From Candidatus Saccharimonadales bacterium (lineage in GTDB: Bacteria > Patescibacteriota > Saccharimonadia > UBA4664 > DATIHN01), in the NCBI GenBank assembly GCA_035480635.1, contig DATIHN010000013.1:1-60494 (forward strand): a stretch of 60,494 nucleotides of DNA, written 5' to 3'. Position numbers and translations under genes: made by a program. A model generated the notes under the pieces. It saw only the letters and a program-made list of their open reading frames with translations. It made no database searches and was not told where the DNA came from. Of this stretch, positions 46,743 through 54,769 are shown in pieces. How positions within the stretch are numbered: position 1 is the first letter of the stretch; the number at the start of each line of letters is the position of its first letter.

Positions 46743-47797
46743 ACTACTACTGGGCCTTTGGCCTGGCACTGATCATTAGTCTGGCTCTGACGCCTTGGGT
46801 TCGGCGATTGGCTGTGCGCCTAGGAGCCGTTGACCAACCGGTTGGTGGTCGTAAAATTCATGAGCGCCCCATACCAAGACTGGGAGGCCTGGCCGTGGCG
46901 GCAGCCTTTTTCATTCCGGCCATCATATTTATTTCGTTCGATCGGCGCCTGCTGGGTCTAATCGCTGGGGCCCTGATTGTCCTAGTGATCGGAGTAGTTG
47001 ATGACATCCGGGGATTGGGGCCGTGGTCCAAACTATTTGGACAGGTAGCAGCAGCGGCCGCGGCCCTGGCCGGTGGCATTGGCATTTCGGCTATTAGTAA
47101 CCCTTTTGGGGCAGCCCTGAGTTTGAATTGGGGCCGGACGGCCGTTAGCCTGGCTGGTTGGCATTTTCACATTACGCCGGTAGCAAACCTATTGAGCATC
47201 ATTTGGATCGTCGGTATGATCAACGCGCTGAATTTTTTGGATGGCATCGATGGTCTGGCCTGCGGGATTTCCTCGATCGCCAGCTTCTTTTTATTTGCGC
47301 TAGCCATCAGCCTGCATCAGCCGGCTGTGGCCCTAATGGCCGTCATCCTGTTTGGTGCCTCGCTGGGCTTTTTACCCTATAATTTCTTCCCGGCTCGAAT
47401 CTTCTTAGGGGATTCAGGAGCTTATTTTTTGGGCTTGGTACTAGCATTAATCGCAATTTACTCAGGCGGTAAACTGGCCACAGCTGCTCTCGTGCTGGGC
47501 TTTGCCATCGTCGATGGTTTGATTACCGTTATGCGCCGGCTCTATCATCGCCGTTCGCCATTCATGGCCGATCGATCACACTTGCATCATTTGTTATTGG
47601 ATTTTGGCCTTAGCCAGCGCCAAACCGTCATCATCTACTATTCAATTGCCATTCTATTAGGACTGCTAGCCCTAACCTCTGGAACGGTCGTTAAACTAGC
47701 CGCTATCCTAATTTTGAGCTTGGCCACGGTCGTCTTGGTGGCTATTCTAATTCGCATATCTTCCGGCAATAAGCCAAAGCCGGACCCCAGCAGTTGA
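46739..47797 (+). CDS. MraY/WecA/TagO-family polyprenyl-phosphate HexNAc-1-P transferase
   Basis: RKIHERPIPRLGG, GVVDDI, INALNFLDGIDGLA, IFLGDSGA, PFMADRSHLHH. Confidence 0.94.
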   Translation: MNYYWAFGLALIISLALTPWVRRLAVRLGAVDQPVGGRKIHERPIPRLGGLAVAAAFFIPAIIFISFDRRLLGLIAGALIVLVIGVVDDIRGLGPWSKLFGQVAAAAAALAGGIGISAISNPFGAALSLNWGRTAVSLAGWHFHITPVANLLSIIWIVGMINALNFLDGIDGLACGISSIASFFLFALAISLHQPAVALMAVILFGASLGFLPYNFFPARIFLGDSGAYFLGLVLALIAIYSGGKLATAALVLGFAIVDGLITVMRRLYHRRSPFMADRSHLHHLLLDFGLSQRQTVIIYYSIAILLGLLALTSGTVVKLAAILILSLATVVLVAILIRISSGNKPKPDPSS

Positions 47798-47846
47798 TAT
47801 TTAAGCCTCTTTTCGCTACACTACCGGGTATGAAAGAGGGGAGTGT

Positions 47847-48188
47847 GTGAGCAGTCGCCGCCATTTGCAGGAAATCATCAAGAATCTCCAGGAGTATTAC
47901 AAGTGCCCATCTTGCAATACCAACTATCACTTCGATGATATAAAATTCTTGGGCCAAATCGACGTTTACTGCTTTGTGCAGCTGACCTGCCACTCTTGCT
48001 CACTGCCAGTGGTGGCGACCGTCAGTGTGGGCGATGAAGCCAAACCGCGAAAAAGCAAGGCCAAGTCTGACTTGAAGCGAGTCGAGGAAGCCAAGTTCGG
48101 CGGATTGGGGCCCATATCGAGCGATGAGATCGCCAGCTTTCACACTTTCATTCAGTCACACCAGGGCGGTTTTACCAAGTTAAATTAA
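47847..48188 (+). CDS. Zn-ribbon hypothetical protein
   Basis: CPSC...CHSC; C-terminal PISSDEIASFH. Confidence 0.7.
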   Translation: MSSRRHLQEIIKNLQEYYKCPSCNTNYHFDDIKFLGQIDVYCFVQLTCHSCSLPVVATVSVGDEAKPRKSKAKSDLKRVEEAKFGGLGPISSDEIASFHTFIQSHQGGFTKLN

Positions 48189-48232
48189 GTCGAATAAGGA
48201 TACATAGGAGCGGCCCCGGCCGTTTTAATAAA

Positions 48233-48916
48233 ATGGATAAGATTACGCTTAAATTAGAGACTAGAACTGAGCGAGGCAAGCAGAATGCCAAGCTGCGAGC
48301 GGATGGTTTAACACCAGTCGTGGCCTATGGTCATGGCTCTGAGCCTTTGGCTCTGAAGGTCTCAACCAAAGAACTAACCAAGATTTACCAGCAAGCTGGA
48401 GGGAGCAAAATAATTGGCATCAAAGTCGGCGATACTACGGCCAAAAATGCGCTCTTCCATGAAGTCGATCTGGATCCATTGACCGGCGCTATTACTCACG
48501 CCGATCTGTTGACGGTGCGCATGGATGAAAAGATTAAGACCGAGGTACCGGTGCGCATTGTTGGCGAATCGACGGCAGTTTACCAAGACGAGGGTACTTT
48601 GATGACGCCGCTTGAGGCCATCGAGATCGAGGCCCTGCCGGGGGATCTGCCCGAAGCCATCGAGGTCGACATCAGCATTCTGGATGATTTCGAAAAGAGC
48701 ATTCACGTTAGTGACCTAGTGGTGCCGGCCGGAGTTGAAATTTTGAGTGAACCAGAGGAGCTGGTGGCCAAAGTTGAGCCGCCTCGCAGTGACGATGATC
48801 TGGCTGCCCTGGACGAGGAAGTGACCGAGGAATTGCCTGAGGGTGTGGAGGAAGAGTCAGCTGAAGGTGAAGAGGATGAGGTGCAAGCCGAAGCCGAGAC
48901 TAAGCCGGAAGAGTAA
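48233..48916 (+). CDS. rplY: 50S ribosomal protein L25/Ctc
   Basis: LRADG.TPVVAYG, HADL, LPEAIEVDIS.L.....IHVSDL, acidic tail. Confidence 0.95.
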   Translation: MDKITLKLETRTERGKQNAKLRADGLTPVVAYGHGSEPLALKVSTKELTKIYQQAGGSKIIGIKVGDTTAKNALFHEVDLDPLTGAITHADLLTVRMDEKIKTEVPVRIVGESTAVYQDEGTLMTPLEAIEIEALPGDLPEAIEVDISILDDFEKSIHVSDLVVPAGVEILSEPEELVAKVEPPRSDDDLAALDEEVTEELPEGVEEESAEGEEDEVQAEAETKPEE

Positions 48917-48934
48917 TCTGATCAGTTTGCAAAC

Positions 48935-48960
48935 AAAAGAGGCCACCCGGCCTCTTTTTG
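48935..48960 (+). terminator. Intrinsic terminator after rplY
   Basis: AAAAGAGGCC-ACCC-GGCCTCTTTTT. Confidence 0.85.
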
Positions 48961-49002
48961 ATGTAGAATGTGGCTACTAGTTCGTGAGCGACTGGAGCCG
49001 AA

Positions 49003-49461
49003 ATGACCGCAAGCGAAGATGACACACGCTTCATCCACGACCCGAAGTTGGCCAATCACGTCCGAAACCTGACTGAACTGGTGCAATCAGAGGAACGTCG
49101 CCAGGAATTGATTCGCCAAGTGATGACTGACTGGCAGGGGCTAGTTGCAATGGCGGCTGCAGTCGTAACCTGGAGTGATGATGCTTGGACCATGCATTGC
49201 TGCACCAGTAGTGGATGGCTGGCAGTTGCGGATTCGACCAGTTCACTGCAAGTTGGACTTATTGCCCCGCAGCTCGGCACATCCGGCGACGTCTATGACG
49301 GCCTGGGGCTGATCGACCTGAAAGACGAGAACTTGCTCTACTCGACAGAACCCAAGATGATCCGAGAAATCCAACTTCTACCGCAGATCGTTGTTTCGGA
49401 TGAACAGCGAGCTCGCTTGCAGATTGTCGGCTGGCCAAGTTTCGCACATAGCAGCCCTTAG
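49003..49461 (+). CDS. Hypothetical protein
   Basis: 152-aa ORF after GGAG. Confidence 0.55.
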   Translation: MTASEDDTRFIHDPKLANHVRNLTELVQSEERRQELIRQVMTDWQGLVAMAAAVVTWSDDAWTMHCCTSSGWLAVADSTSSLQVGLIAPQLGTSGDVYDGLGLIDLKDENLLYSTEPKMIREIQLLPQIVVSDEQRARLQIVGWPSFAHSSP

Positions 49462-49476
49462 GGGCTGCTTTACTTA

Positions 49477-49920
49477 TTAGTATTTCTTGAGCTCGCGTTT
49501 GAGCTGGGCGTCGCTAGCCAAATCGGTTTGGTAGGCAAGGTAACGCACGAAGGCAGCGGTGTTGAAGTGCTTCAGGGTAGCTAGCACGATCCCAGCAATT
49601 TCGACTGATTTGAGTTCGCGCTTTTTGGTGTCCAGGATCTTCGCTTCGATTGTGTCTGTAACGCCGTCTACGGTGGTTTCTTTGGCCGGAATGGATAGGA
49701 AGGCACCATAGACTCCAGAAAACAGCTTAGCGCGGCTGTAGCGCTGTTTGCGGCCGTTTTTCTTGATGACCTTAAGGAAGCCAAGGTCAGGCGCCTCATA
49801 AGTAGTAAAGCTTTCGTGGCAGCTCAGGCATTTGCGCCGCCGCCAAACCTGGGTACCAAAGCGAGTTGGCCTGGTATTAAAAATATCGGTGGTATTTTTA
49901 CGACAATATGGGCATTTCAT
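49477..49920 (-). CDS. nrdR: Transcriptional repressor NrdR
   Basis: MKCPYC...RRRKCLSC...FTTYE Zn ribbon, then ATP-cone VIKKNG. Confidence 0.93.
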   Translation of the reverse strand: MKCPYCRKNTTDIFNTRPTRFGTQVWRRRKCLSCHESFTTYEAPDLGFLKVIKKNGRKQRYSRAKLFSGVYGAFLSIPAKETTVDGVTDTIEAKILDTKKRELKSVEIAGIVLATLKHFNTAAFVRYLAYQTDLASDAQLKRELKKY

Positions 49921-49935
49921 AACTACATATTGTCA
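49920..49935. promoter_or_regulatory. Candidate NrdR box
   Basis: CTACATATTG core fits CWANATNTWG; only one copy seen. Confidence 0.45.
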
Positions 49936-50054
49936 TATGACTAATAAAAATGTAAGTGGATAAAAACGCCAAATGGGGACAAAGGGTCATCTAATTTGGC
50001 CACATACGGCAATATCAATTGGTTTCGAACTAAATTACGCTGAGGTCGTCCAAT

Positions 50055-50612
50055 GTGATTGGAGGCAAATTGAACTGGCATTCGATCGAGAGACCAGGGT
50101 ACTTAGGTAAACACCGTGATGAGCGCCACCAAGAATGGACGCGGCTTTATAGGGCAGCCAATTGGCGATTGGCCTGGCAAATTGGTGGGCATTACTTCGA
50201 GATTGAAGCGGCTATTGCGCTCTACGAAGACGCCTACTTCAATTTCATGGGCTCGTCGCCGGTCACCGAGGAGTTGATTCGTGTCGCATGCGATGTTTAC
50301 GATGATTCTCCAAGTAACATCAAATGCGGTTTGAGCTACTTTCCCCAAGAAACCAATCGGACGCATTTACAAGACGTTGCCATTCGCCGAGCGCTAGTTC
50401 GTTTGGGCCGGTGGTTTGAGGGGGAAGCGCTGATCCAGATCCGAGATGATCGGGGAGAACATCCATTGAGTCTGACACTGTCGCCCGGCCGCGTGCCGTT
50501 CCATCGCCCTGATCTGATGATTCAACCGGAACTGGCGGGTTGGTGGCAACCGGGTAGCGTGGAGAGCTTTTACCAATCGAATCGCTGGCTGCAAGTTAAA
50601 ACTAGCAATTAG
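50055..50612 (+). CDS. Hypothetical protein
   Basis: 185-aa ORF with enzyme-like composition (ERPGY.G, LYEDAY, H.QD.AIRR, PG.VPFH, FYQSN). Confidence 0.7.
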   Translation: MIGGKLNWHSIERPGYLGKHRDERHQEWTRLYRAANWRLAWQIGGHYFEIEAAIALYEDAYFNFMGSSPVTEELIRVACDVYDDSPSNIKCGLSYFPQETNRTHLQDVAIRRALVRLGRWFEGEALIQIRDDRGEHPLSLTLSPGRVPFHRPDLMIQPELAGWWQPGSVESFYQSNRWLQVKTSN

Positions 50613-50668
50613 GATTCTTGGGGCGATATAATCATCTCAGCTCTTTTTCCCAAGCCAGAGGTGATGAT

Positions 50669-50956
50669 ATGCCGACTGACCCGGTTACCGAGCTCGCCCG
50701 ATCGATTACTCGAACAGGAACGAGCCGTGCACCCCTCTACGACGCCGCCCGGCAGATTTGCGCTCAGGAAGAGACAGCCCGTCGGGAGTATCTGGCAGCT
50801 CGCGATCCTAACTCAACTGAACCGCTGGACTCAACCCTTTTCCCTCCAGATGTCTTTGAAGCCGATGGTAGTCGAAGACGTTGGGACGATGATAGACCCA
50901 GAAACACACCGGCCGAGGAGCGCATGTTCTTCGAGTGGGGTGACCGTGGTTTTTGA
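50669..50956 (+). CDS. Hypothetical protein
   Basis: ATG 50669 after GAGGTG. Confidence 0.5.
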   Translation: MPTDPVTELARSITRTGTSRAPLYDAARQICAQEETARREYLAARDPNSTEPLDSTLFPPDVFEADGSRRRWDDDRPRNTPAEERMFFEWGDRGF

Positions 50957-50995
50957 CCGCCCATGGCCTTGGTTTATCCAAGGCCATCAAACTAT

Positions 50996-52255
50996 CTACT
51001 GAAAATAACGGATGCTACCAAAGGGAATTTTGTCTTTCATTTGGTTTTTCGAAGCCAAAACCTTGGCCGCAGTAATGGTTTCTTCGCCATAACGATCATT
51101 TAGAGCATTCATAGCGTCCTCGGCCCGGTTCAGTTTGGCATCAACTGAATCCCATAAAAACAATTGGCTCTGTTGGGTTGGCGTCAGCTCGTAAGCCGTC
51201 ATATAGAGCGAGCTTACGACCCGGTCTTGGTGACTGCGACTATAGAGATCCAGCGCTCGGGAATAGATTTGATCGGCGCGGTGAACAGGGGTGTTATACA
51301 TCTTGCGCTCAAACCAACCCCGGCGACTGCGCTCGGCGCCCTTGGTCTGGGTGTAGCCGAGGTAGAGCATTAGGCCTCGGGCCGAGAGATCATTAACCTT
51401 CAAGCGGCGAGCCACCTTGGCAGCGCTTTTATACAGCAGGGCAGCCACCTCCACCGGATTGCTGGTGCGGTACTCCAAGACGTAGCTGCGGCCGACGGTT
51501 TTAATACCGTACTGGACCTCGGTTTCGTAGCCGCGCAACTTCAGGTACCAGTGGTGGCCATTGATGCTTTTAAAGACTCGCTTGGTTAGTATGGGCTCTG
51601 GTGTGTGATAGAACTCAAAAGGTGTGTAGATACCGGCGTAGTTGAGTCTGAGCTTCATGCGCGTCGCAATGTAGGGGAGATCGGTCAGCTGCAGCATGCC
51701 CATGACCGCTAGGATATTATCTTTATCGATCGTGGTCAGGCCATCGGGTTTATGGAATGAGGCCGCCACCTTGGCCAACCAGCGGTTCTGGGCAATACCA
51801 ATATTAATCGTCATGTAGTCGCCAATTTCGGTCCGGAAACGCTCTTTGATCTCGAGAGCAATATCTTCCAACGGCCGACCTTTTAGAATCGGCTGCATGC
51901 CCCGAAAATCAATGATGCCTTCATCGACCGATTTCATGTAGGCCACTGGCGAATAGCTTTCAAAAATCTCCCGCATCAAGCGGTGAATGTATTGGTACTT
52001 GGCCGGATCACTTTCGATCATCACAAAATCGGCTGCCAACTGTTTGGCCTCCCGGGCCCTGGTGCCAATATTGATGCCCAAGGCTCGGGCCTCGTACGAA
52101 GCGGTGATGCAAATGGCGTAGTCATTGAGTCGATTAGTTACCCCGACCGGCTTGCCGCGAAGCAGCGGGTTGGCCTGCTGCTCCGTCATGGCAAAGGCCG
52201 AGTTGAGGTCGATGTGCATGATCTCCGGCGGAGCCTGGTTGTGCCTAAGTTCCAT
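50996..52255 (-). CDS. dinB: Y-family translesion DNA polymerase (DinB/UmuC-like)
   Basis: MHIDLNSAFA, ITASYEARALGI, SVDEG, IGIA.NRWLAKVAA..HKPDG. Confidence 0.93.
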   Translation of the reverse strand: MELRHNQAPPEIMHIDLNSAFAMTEQQANPLLRGKPVGVTNRLNDYAICITASYEARALGINIGTRAREAKQLAADFVMIESDPAKYQYIHRLMREIFESYSPVAYMKSVDEGIIDFRGMQPILKGRPLEDIALEIKERFRTEIGDYMTINIGIAQNRWLAKVAASFHKPDGLTTIDKDNILAVMGMLQLTDLPYIATRMKLRLNYAGIYTPFEFYHTPEPILTKRVFKSINGHHWYLKLRGYETEVQYGIKTVGRSYVLEYRTSNPVEVAALLYKSAAKVARRLKVNDLSARGLMLYLGYTQTKGAERSRRGWFERKMYNTPVHRADQIYSRALDLYSRSHQDRVVSSLYMTAYELTPTQQSQLFLWDSVDAKLNRAEDAMNALNDRYGEETITAAKVLASKNQMKDKIPFGSIRYFQ

Positions 52256-52508
52256 AGAAGACCTCCACCAGGGTCCAGGCTAGGGTTTCCGGATCAAGTT
52301 CCAAACGAAAGGCCGTTGGCCCAGACGAAAAGCTAAAGATGTGGATCCGTTTATTGCCCCGCCGCTCTGGGTGGTAGAGACCCATCTTGTCCAGCGGGTA
52401 GCGCTGAGCGCGCCAATTCATGAGGTGGGGTATGACTTTGATAGTGCCTCTAGGCCCAGATTTGAAAGAGGCTAGGACCTCGACTTGATCGTTTAGCTTT
52501 TCGCGCAT
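52245..52508 (-). CDS. Small beta-rich protein (DUF6504-like) in the polymerase operon
   Basis: P....W....Y...RIHIFS......FRL.LD.E.L.W.L; overlaps the dinB start. Confidence 0.65.
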   Translation of the reverse strand: MREKLNDQVEVLASFKSGPRGTIKVIPHLMNWRAQRYPLDKMGLYHPERRGNKRIHIFSFSSGPTAFRLELDPETLAWTLVEVFYGT

Positions 52509-52524
52509 ACCCCTCCCACGGGAG

Positions 52525-52935
52525 CTAAGCGGCTTGGGCTAGCTCCTCTTTGGCTTTAACCTCGCTTTTGGCCAGCTTTTCGGCTTGGCGAGTCTTGAAG
52601 TACTTAATTAGACCCCAACTTTGTTTGATGACCGTGGTGTAGTCCTCCCGCAACTGGCTGGTTTTAGCGAACTTGCCAGCCTCAACTGAATCGAGCAAAC
52701 TTTGAGTCTTTTCGGCTTCGACCCTAGCTTGGTGCAGCGCCTCCATCTTCATCCCGTAGCTGTAATAGTGGTGAGCTTGATAGATGTGGTGGGCGACAGC
52801 CGTAGCCGCACGTCTGAGATCATCGCCCAGCGGGTAAGATTGCTCCTCTGGCAGAGCTTCGGCTAGAGTCACCACAGCGTCTTCTAGCTTACGAGCGCTC
52901 AAGTAAATGTTTAATTGTTTGATTGATGTAGACAT
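52525..52935 (-). CDS. Four-helix-bundle protein (23S rRNA IVP/Avd-like fold)
   Basis: QL.IY..A..L...V..L...LP.E..Y.LGD.LRRAATAVAHHI; true start ATG 52935 after AGGGGG. Confidence 0.85.
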   Translation of the reverse strand: MSTSIKQLNIYLSARKLEDAVVTLAEALPEEQSYPLGDDLRRAATAVAHHIYQAHHYYSYGMKMEALHQARVEAEKTQSLLDSVEAGKFAKTSQLREDYTTVIKQSWGLIKYFKTRQAEKLAKSEVKAKEELAQAA

Positions 52936-53005
52936 ACATCCCCCTATGTGTCCCAAACTGACAATGTAGTTTAGTTTGGGCCCCTTAATGTTATTTACAC
53001 TCCCT

Positions 53006-53034
53006 AAGATACCGAACAAACACCGAACTGTCAA
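53006..53034 (-). promoter_or_regulatory. Promoter of the polymerase operon with a GTTCGG-N5-GTTCGG operator (putative SOS box)
   Basis: TTGACA GTTCGG TGTTT GTTCGG TATCTT (17-bp spacer); 22 of 24 nt match the recA promoter. Confidence 0.8.
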
Positions 53035-53058
53035 GACTGATTTTGATATACTTACGGC

Positions 53059-53550
53059 ATGCAAAATCTAATGATTGGCAAAGGGAAGTTGAGCGGTAAA
53101 GGAGTATATGCAAATAGAGACTTTGCCGAGGGCGAAGTGGTGATGGCATATAAACTTAAAGAACTTTCCCAAAAGGATTTTGATGCGTTGCCAGCTAGCG
53201 AGCACAAGTTTACACACTCTTATTGGGGTAAAATTTATCTTTATCCGCCACCAGCTAGGTATGTTAACCACTCGGCTGATCCAAATACGCGGCAAGATCT
53301 TAAAAAGATGTGCGATTATGCTACAAGGCTCATTAAGAAAGGCGAGATGATAACTACCAATGCAACGCTAGAAGTAGAGACTGAACTAAAAACCTTTGCG
53401 GCGGCTTACGAAAATAATCCTATTAAAGACTTCAAATGGTTAATGGGCGGGTATCGAAATGCCGAAATTAGCTACACAACCCTGGCAGGACTTAAGAGAA
53501 ACCTGAGACTAAAGAGGGTAAAAGGCAATTGGACGGTTTTGCCCAAATGA
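53059..53550 (+). CDS. SET domain protein
   Basis: GKGVYANRDF..GE, RYVNHSADPN, A.R.IKKGEMIT; TGaTATACT 6 nt before the ATG. Confidence 0.85.
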   Translation: MQNLMIGKGKLSGKGVYANRDFAEGEVVMAYKLKELSQKDFDALPASEHKFTHSYWGKIYLYPPPARYVNHSADPNTRQDLKKMCDYATRLIKKGEMITTNATLEVETELKTFAAAYENNPIKDFKWLMGGYRNAEISYTTLAGLKRNLRLKRVKGNWTVLPK

Positions 53551-53572
53551 ATCTAATCACTAAAAACCGGCC

Positions 53573-54769
53573 TTAAACCTCGGCCGGGCTGCCTTGGTAG
53601 AACATCAGCCCCAGTTTGATCTGCAAGGCATCATCAAAGTGGCGGGGATCGAGATTGATCAGCTTCTTGGTTTTATCCAGCCGATAGATCAGCGTATTGC
53701 GGTGAACATGGAGCTTAGCCGCCGCCTCCGTCAGGTTTAGATTGTTGTTTAAGAACATCTGAACAGTCGAAAACAGTTGCTGGTTTTTAACCAGGGGATT
53801 GAGGATTTGATGAGCCAGTTCAGCCTTACGTTCTGCATTAACATTGGCGAGCGTCACATACATACCAACCTCTTTAATGTGATAAATCCGGCCCGGTCCC
53901 CAGACTTTTAGACCGACGCTAAGGGCTAACTGGGCATCCTGATAACTTTTGCGTAGGCCCCCAAGATCGGGATAATATTGGCCCACGCCCACAGTGATCA
54001 AAGACTTTTGATGTATTTCCGACAACGTATTAAATAAGTAGTCAGCCTTTTCCTTCAAGAAACGAATGGTATTGAGGGTATTGAGGTTTTCGCCGCCAAT
54101 CCCTTTTAACAAAATAAAGGTGTCGTTATCGGCATAGGCCACAATGTTGTCCTGATAATTCTGGAAACTGGCCTTGATGCGCTCATCGATCATCTCGGTA
54201 GCTCGCACAATTTGGAGGCGCTGCTCCTCCTGAGACAAATGTCCGGCATCCATCATCAAACGCTTTTCGAAACCTTTGAGCGAAAACAGCATGACAGCTT
54301 GGGCACTGCGCAGGGTCAGCTGCATAATGTCGGCCTGGCGGTAGATTTCTTCAGGATTAATGGTTGGGGCTTGCAGTAATTCGCGAATAAAAGTAGCTTT
54401 AACCACCTCACTAGAATGAACCCGATCAATTAAGAGATATTGATTAACGATGACCTCGGCCAAGCCTTGCAACAAACTCACGGCCTCCGGTGTAATCTGA
54501 TCACTGGCACTAGCAGTGATTCCGAAAACGCCAACCGTTTGATCCTCATAAACAAATGGGCTCCAATGAACTCTTACCAAACCATCATCGGCCGTCACGC
54601 TGTGGCCCTCTTGGCTAGCCCGGAAGGCCTCGACCGAAAAGCCGCTGGGTGTTTCACCGCCAGCCATAATCTGCCCGCTGGCGTCAGTTACAATGACGTC
54701 ACGAATCAAAATACTTTGGGCCTTGGCTCTGATTTGCTCAGCTAATTCCCGGTTAATGCGCATATTCAC
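53573..54769 (-). CDS. CdaR/PucR-family transcriptional regulator
   Basis: N-terminal sugar-diacid recognition-like domain, GGDEF-like core, C-terminal HTH LNLTEAAAKLHVHRNTLIYRL. Confidence 0.9.
   Translation of the reverse strand: MNMRINRELAEQIRAKAQSILIRDVIVTDASGQIMAGGETPSGFSVEAFRASQEGHSVTADDGLVRVHWSPFVYEDQTVGVFGITASASDQITPEAVSLLQGLAEVIVNQYLLIDRVHSSEVVKATFIRELLQAPTINPEEIYRQADIMQLTLRSAQAVMLFSLKGFEKRLMMDAGHLSQEEQRLQIVRATEMIDERIKASFQNYQDNIVAYADNDTFILLKGIGGENLNTLNTIRFLKEKADYLFNTLSEIHQKSLITVGVGQYYPDLGGLRKSYQDAQLALSVGLKVWGPGRIYHIKEVGMYVTLANVNAERKAELAHQILNPLVKNQQLFSTVQMFLNNNLNLTEAAAKLHVHRNTLIYRLDKTKKLINLDPRHFDDALQIKLGLMFYQGSPAEV

Noticed and set aside
52525-52935. Avd-like gene as part of a diversity-generating retroelement
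   Set aside because: No reverse transcriptase and no TR/VR repeat pair with adenine-specific mismatches were seen in the window.
52936-53064. N-terminal extension of the ORF-track 179-aa four-helix protein
   Set aside because: It runs through the operon's own promoter and operator; ATG 52935 has an SD and gives a normal-sized domain.
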